From positions 2,336,001 through 2,400,000 of the forward strand of contig OZ241326.1 in the NCBI GenBank assembly GCA_965199855.1: 64,000 nt of DNA, given 5' to 3'. The position numbers were made by a program, and so were the translations under genes. Origin of the DNA: a bacterium. Lineage in GTDB: Bacteria; UBA8248. Of the stretch, positions 59,258-64,000 are shown one piece after another. Under the pieces are notes generated by a model that saw only the letters and a list, made by a program, of their open reading frames with translations, ran no database searches and had not been told where the DNA came from. The number at the start of each line of letters is the position of its first letter. Position 1 is the stretch's first letter.

Positions 59258-60515
59258 CTAGTCCCGGCGGTAGCCCCGGCATTTGGCGAGGATGGCGCCG
59301 TCGCGCGAGAACCACTCGGCGGTGAAGCCCGTCCCCTTGGGCAGAAACTTCACCAGGAGCAGGCCCTCGCTCCTGCCGCGCCGCCAGCGATACCACGAGC
59401 CCCTGGAGTCCCGCCCGTCCAGTTTGAGTCCCGTCCTCTTGAGGCGGCTGCCCTGGATGAAGCCCTCCTTCTCCCGGAAGCCGGCGGCGATGCCCTCATC
59501 CCTCCCTTCGCCCTCGCAGATGCCGCGAAATCCGCGCCAGCCCGAGGCGAAGCGGAGACGGGGCGCGGCGGAGAGCAGGCGCTTGTTGCGCCGCTTGATC
59601 TTCTTCCTCTCCGTTCTGATCGCATCCTTTATCTCCCATTTGTCGAACCAGCCGAAGGCGAGGGTGTTGATCGCGGCGGAGAGCGCGTCCTCCTCCTTCT
59701 TCTCGCCGGGCGCGGGGGTTGAGCTGTCCCGGAACGTAGTAGCGCCGCGCCTTGTCGGCGATATTCCGCGCGCGGCGGACGCGCCCGGGCCCCGCCGGGT
59801 GCGTCCTGAAATAGGCGCGGCCCCTGCCCGGCCCGCGCGCCCAGAGGCGCGAGGCGGCGTAGGGGTCGTAGCCGGCGAGCGCCGCGTAGAGAATGCCCAT
59901 CTTGTCCGCCTCCTCCTCTTCCTTGAAGGAGTAGGTCGCGCCCCTGCCCTTCCGACCCGTCCTTCCGCCGGCGAGGTTGATGAACGTTTGCGAGGATACG
60001 CGATCGGAGACGTGGGAGGCCGCGTTGTGGGCCATCTCGTGGCCGATCACCGCGGCGAGCTCCTCGTCGTCCAGGTCGTCGGTCAGGCCCGTGAAGAACA
60101 CCATCTTGTTGCCGCCGAGAGCGGCCGCGTTCCAAAGCGGGTCGTCAAAATAGACGAACCTGACGGAGCGCTCGATCTCGTCCGCCGCGTGGCTCGCGGA
60201 GACCACGCGATGGAAGACGCGCGCGAGGCGCTCGTAGCGAGGGTCGAAGGGCGACACCCGCCTCGCTCCGGGCCGCGCCCCGATTTTTTCGGGATTGCGG
60301 ATAATCTCCCTCATCCGCCTCTCGGAGGCGCGGACTTCCGCGGCCCGGGGGATGAAGTTGGGCGAGCGCTCCCCCGCGCTCGCGCCGCGCCTGCCCGGGG
60401 CACCGGGTTCCCGATACCGCTCGAGGATCGCGTCCGCCTGCGAGATGAGGTCAACGAGCTCCGCGCACGCGCTCATAGAAAGCGAGAGAAGCAGGAGCGC
60501 CGCCAGATTTCTCAT
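59258..60515 (-). CDS. M48-family metalloprotease lipoprotein, frameshifted near 59714-59718
   Basis: Lipobox MSAC, NAAA, GHEMAH, EEEAD, THP; a second frame continues APGEKKEED... to TAG at 59260-59258. Confidence 0.72.
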
Positions 60516-60600
60516 CGCGCGCCTCCTTTTCGGGCCGGCGGCCAGCGAGAGCCGGCGGCCGCTCCCTCCCGGCTTCGGCCGCGGCGCCTCGCCCGAAGAT

Positions 60601-61818
60601 TCAGACCATCATGCCCGCCAAAGCCGCCGTGAGCCAGGACGCCAGCGCGCCCGCGACCATCGCCCGCAGCGCGAGTTTCGCCAGATCGCCCCTGCGCTCG
60701 GGCGCGAGCCCCCCGATGCCGCCCACCTGGACGCCGATGGAGGCGAAATTTGCGAAGCCGCACAGGGCGTAGCTGGCGATGACCGCCGTGCGGTCGGAGA
60801 GGGCGCCGGCGGCGTGCAGCTCGCTCAGGTTGTGGTAGGCGATGAACTCGGTGAGGACGACCTTCTCTCCCATCAGCCGTCCCAGAACGTCCGCCTCGGC
60901 CCAGGGCGCGCCCATCGACCACGCCAGGGGGCGGAACGCCCAGCCGAGAATTTGCTGCACGCTCAGGCCCGCGAGGTCCAGCGCGCCGTTGATCATGGCG
61001 ACGAAGGCGACGAAGGCCACCAGCATGACGGCCACGTTCATCACGAGCGTCAGCCCCTCCGCCGCGCCGCGCGTCATGGCCTGGATGAGGTTGGCGTCGG
61101 GACGCTCCATCTCTATCCGCGCGTCGCCCAGGGTCTCCGGCGTCTCCGTCTCCGGGAAGACGATTTTCGCCATCACGAGCGCGGCGGGGGCGCTCATGAT
61201 GGAGGCGGCCATCAGGTGGCCGGCGATTCCCGGCACGTCCTTCAGCATCCCCGCATAGACGGCCAGCAGCCCGCCGGTCATGGTGGCGAAGCCGCCGGTC
61301 ATCACCGCCATGAGCTCGGAGGAGGTCATCCGCCCGAGGAAGGGCCGCACGACCAGGGGCGCCTCCGTCTGCCCGACGAAGATGTTGGCCGACACGCTCA
61401 GCGTCTCCGAGCCGCTCGTCCCCATGAACCTGCGCATGACGATGGCGATTCCGCGCACGACGGGCTGCATGACGCCCAGGTGGTAGAGCACGGCCATGAG
61501 CGAGGAGAGAAAGATGATGACCGGCAGAAAGCGGAAGGCGAGGTTGAACAGCGCGGGCTCGACGTTGCCCGTCTGGACGGAGCGGAAGATGAACGCGGTG
61601 CCCTCGTCGGCGAAGTTCAGGAGCTTGCGGACGAAGCCGTCCACCGCCGCGAAGAACGGCCGGCCCGCGGGCGTCTTCAGGATGAGGACGGCGAAGAGAA
61701 GCTGCAGGCCGAGACCCGCGGCGACGACGCGCCTCGATATGGCGGCGCGGTCGCGGGACATGGCGTAGGCGGCGCCAAGCAGAACGAGGATGCCCAGAAT
61801 CCCGACGAATCTCCCCAT
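60601..61818 (-). CDS. NupC/NupG (CNT) nucleoside transporter
   Basis: NIFVGQTEAP, MSAP, LCGFANF. Confidence 0.93.
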   Translation of the reverse strand: MGRFVGILGILVLLGAAYAMSRDRAAISRRVVAAGLGLQLLFAVLILKTPAGRPFFAAVDGFVRKLLNFADEGTAFIFRSVQTGNVEPALFNLAFRFLPVIIFLSSLMAVLYHLGVMQPVVRGIAIVMRRFMGTSGSETLSVSANIFVGQTEAPLVVRPFLGRMTSSELMAVMTGGFATMTGGLLAVYAGMLKDVPGIAGHLMAASIMSAPAALVMAKIVFPETETPETLGDARIEMERPDANLIQAMTRGAAEGLTLVMNVAVMLVAFVAFVAMINGALDLAGLSVQQILGWAFRPLAWSMGAPWAEADVLGRLMGEKVVLTEFIAYHNLSELHAAGALSDRTAVIASYALCGFANFASIGVQVGGIGGLAPERRGDLAKLALRAMVAGALASWLTAALAGMMV

Positions 61819-61954
61819 CGCGCCTCCTTCGGCGGGCGGGAAACGGCGTGAAGCGATATCAAAAAATGTAGCACCCCCGCCCGCGAACGCAAAGCCGCGC
61901 GCGGTGATCCGGCCTCCATTGGACATTGGCGAACCGTCCGCGGCAACGGCCGCG

Positions 61955-62716
61955 TCAGGCGCCCGCTTCCTCCGCCAGCGCCTCGGCGGTCCGCGCGATG
62001 AGGGCGAGGTCCCGGGGTCTCGAGAGTCTGTGATCGCCGTCCTTTACGAGCGTCAGGCGCGCGTCTCCGCCCTCGAGGGCGTTCGCCAGGCGAAGCGAGG
62101 TCTCCCATGGCACGCTTTCATCGCGCATTCCGTGAATGAGGCGAACGGGCTGTGTCAGCCCGATCCCGCCGCGCAGGAGCAGGTGGTTCGCTCCCTCGTC
62201 CAGCAGGCTCCGGGTGATGGGGTAAGGCGGCTCGTAGTCGGAGGCGCGCATGAAAAAGCCGCGTTCGGCCAGCTCCGCCCGCGCGGCGTCGTCGAGCCTG
62301 CTCCTTATCAAATCCTCCGTGAAGTCGGGGGCCGCCGCCACGCCCACCAGCCCCCGCACACGATCGGGCCGCGCCAGGGCGGCGAGCAGCATGATCCACC
62401 CGCCCATGCTCGAGCCGACGAGCACCTGGGCCCCCCGGGCGACCTCATCCAGAACCGCGACGGCGTCCTCCGCCCACGCCCCGATGGTTCCCTCCTCGAA
62501 CGCTCCCGAGGACTCTCCATGTCCGCCGTAGTCGAAGCGGACGTAGGCGCGTCCCGCGCGCCGGCAGCGCGCCTCGAGCGCGCTCGCCTTCGTCCCGCTC
62601 ATGTCCGAACGGAAGCCGCCCAGGAACATCAGCCCGGGGGACTTCCCCTCCAGCCGAAAAAAGGCGAGCGAGGCCCCGCCCGGCCGGGACAGAAATCTTG
62701 AGCCGGCGCGCGGCAT
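61955..62716 (-). CDS. Alpha/beta hydrolase (ABHD10-like)
   Basis: GFRSDM.GTKA, GSSMGG, GDHRLS. Confidence 0.9.
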   Translation of the reverse strand: MPRAGSRFLSRPGGASLAFFRLEGKSPGLMFLGGFRSDMSGTKASALEARCRRAGRAYVRFDYGGHGESSGAFEEGTIGAWAEDAVAVLDEVARGAQVLVGSSMGGWIMLLAALARPDRVRGLVGVAAAPDFTEDLIRSRLDDAARAELAERGFFMRASDYEPPYPITRSLLDEGANHLLLRGGIGLTQPVRLIHGMRDESVPWETSLRLANALEGGDARLTLVKDGDHRLSRPRDLALIARTAEALAEEAGA

Positions 62717-62725
62717 CTTTCTCGT

Positions 62726-63259
62726 CTAGGAGGATTTCTTCAGGTGATCGAGCAGGCCGGCGGCGACGCTCCGGATGGCGGCTTCCGCCTCCGGGTCCGC
62801 GCAGCGCCCCTTCTCGTCGAAGCGCTTGTGAACGCTCCCTAACGAGGCCTGGACGGGCAGAACCTCCGCGCCGACGTGGGTGAGGATGTGCCGCAGGTGC
62901 GAGAGGGCGTCGTCCGCGCCCGGCCCCATCGCCACGCCCAGGATGGCGACGCTCCCGCCCTCGAGAGTGGAGGGATAGCCCAGATTGTCTATCGCCAGCT
63001 TGAGGGTGCTGCTGACGCTGCCGTGATAGACCGGCGTCCCGATGAGGATTCCCGCCGCCCCCGACACGAGCCCCCGCAGGGCTTCGGGGTCCTTCGAGTC
63101 GCTCGGCTCGCCCGGCAGGGGCAGGTCGAGCTCGCCCAGATGAATCCGGGTGATCGCGAAATCGCCCTTCTCCAGTTCGTCCAGGGCGATCGCCAGCGCC
63201 TTGTCCGTGTTGTTCCCCGGCCGGCGGCTGCCGCCGAAAACGAGAATGTAGGGAGTCAC
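62726..63259 (-). CDS. NADPH-dependent FMN reductase
   Basis: GSRR, TPVYHGS...LKLAID. Confidence 0.88.
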   Translation of the reverse strand: MTPYILVFGGSRRPGNNTDKALAIALDELEKGDFAITRIHLGELDLPLPGEPSDSKDPEALRGLVSGAAGILIGTPVYHGSVSSTLKLAIDNLGYPSTLEGGSVAILGVAMGPGADDALSHLRHILTHVGAEVLPVQASLGSVHKRFDEKGRCADPEAEAAIRSVAAGLLDHLKKSS

Positions 63260-63278
63260 GTCCGGCGCTTGCGCTTGA

Positions 63279-64000
63279 TCAGGCGGCGACGCCCGCGGGA
63301 TCGGGCAGCGCGACGGGGGCGGTGTCCTTGAGCAGCGGCAGAACCTCCCTGCCGAAAATCTCCGCTTCCTCCCTGTGCGGCCATCCGTTCATGATGAAGT
63401 GCCGCACGCCCGCGTCGTAATACTCGCGGATGGTGGCGGCGACCATCTCCGGCGTGCCGACGAACATCGTGCCCGCCCCTCCGCGCACCCGGTTCACCCC
63501 CATCCAGATGGTGTCGGTGAGCCACAGGCTCCCGCGGGAGCCCATCTCGTTGATGCGCATCTGGCCGGTGGATTCGGTGTTGTTCTTCATGTCGGCCCAG
63601 GTTCCCGTGTTGGCGATGTCGCTCCTGTCGATGAGCGCCTCGGCGGCGCGCGCCGCCTCCTTCCTCGTCTCGCGCACGCAGACCAGATGGCGGACGCCGT
63701 AGCGCAGCGGACGCTCGCGGTCGTATTTTTGGGACTCCCGCGCGCCCTCCTCGATGTCCCTGGCGACCACCTCGGGCTCGGCGGCATACATGACGTGCAC
63801 GTCCCCGTATTCCCACGCCACCCGCTTGCCCGCCTGCGAGCTTCCCGCCAGGAAAATCGGGGGGTTGGGCTTCGTCACCCGCTCCGGGAAGATGGACGCG
63901 CCCTCGATCTCGAAAAATTTCCCCTTGTAGTCCATCGGCCCCTCCGAGCGCCAGAGCCTGCGCACCACGTCGAGAAACTCGCCCGTGCGCTCGTAGCGGT
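63279..64000 (-). CDS. LLM-class flavin-dependent monooxygenase (SsuD-like), 5' partial
   Basis: YKGKFF, PPIFLAGSS, FVGTPEMVA, FGREVLP; adjacent FMN reductase. Confidence 0.85.
   Translation of the reverse strand, partial: RYERTGEFLDVVRRLWRSEGPMDYKGKFFEIEGASIFPERVTKPNPPIFLAGSSQAGKRVAWEYGDVHVMYAAEPEVVARDIEEGARESQKYDRERPLRYGVRHLVCVRETRKEAARAAEALIDRSDIANTGTWADMKNNTESTGQMRINEMGSRGSLWLTDTIWMGVNRVRGGAGTMFVGTPEMVAATIREYYDAGVRHFIMNGWPHREEAEIFGREVLPLLKDTAPVALPDPAGVAA

Noticed and set aside
59202-59260. attR copy of the tRNA-Asn 3' end or an integrase for the islet
   Set aside because: No tRNA-end duplication or recombinase gene is visible.
1-64000. Genome-wide TGA reassignment (Trp/Gly) as the explanation for the in-frame TGAs
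   Set aside because: Many complete genes end at TGA (e.g. priA, queC, csp) and Trp is encoded by TGG; the internal TGAs fall only at Cys positions.

Overview
High-GC bacterial chromosomal window that is mostly housekeeping and metabolic genes: ilvD, priA, queC, metX, a leuCD-like pair, an M16 peptidase pair, a sirtuin, a cold-shock protein, two acetamidases, tRNA-Val(CAC), tRNA-Asn(GTT) and a parS-like palindrome. Two defence-like accessory regions are present. The first (~6.9-15.2 kb) holds a type II R-M pair, an unexplained three-gene cassette, a DUF1902/decayed-HicA module and an MmeI-like type IIG enzyme. The second (~53-59.2 kb) is a lower-GC two-gene insert right after tRNA-Asn. Three results stand out. 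(1) Five genes are cut by the ORF track at an in-frame TGA that sits at the catalytic Cys position, each followed by a SECIS-like hairpin. These are three DsbA/FrnE-like proteins, one signal-peptide-bearing thioredoxin-like protein and one PTP-fold/DUF442-like protein with an H-U-x5-R loop, i.e. probable selenoproteins. (2) The tRNA-Asn insert pairs a DUF1998 DEAH helicase with a large unknown protein ending in an archaeal/eukaryotic ribosomal protein eL13 (L13e)-like motif. (3) There are two unusual fusions, NUDIX-HpnC-HpnD and MetX-NIL. All calls come from reading motifs by eye; no database searches or folding programs were run.
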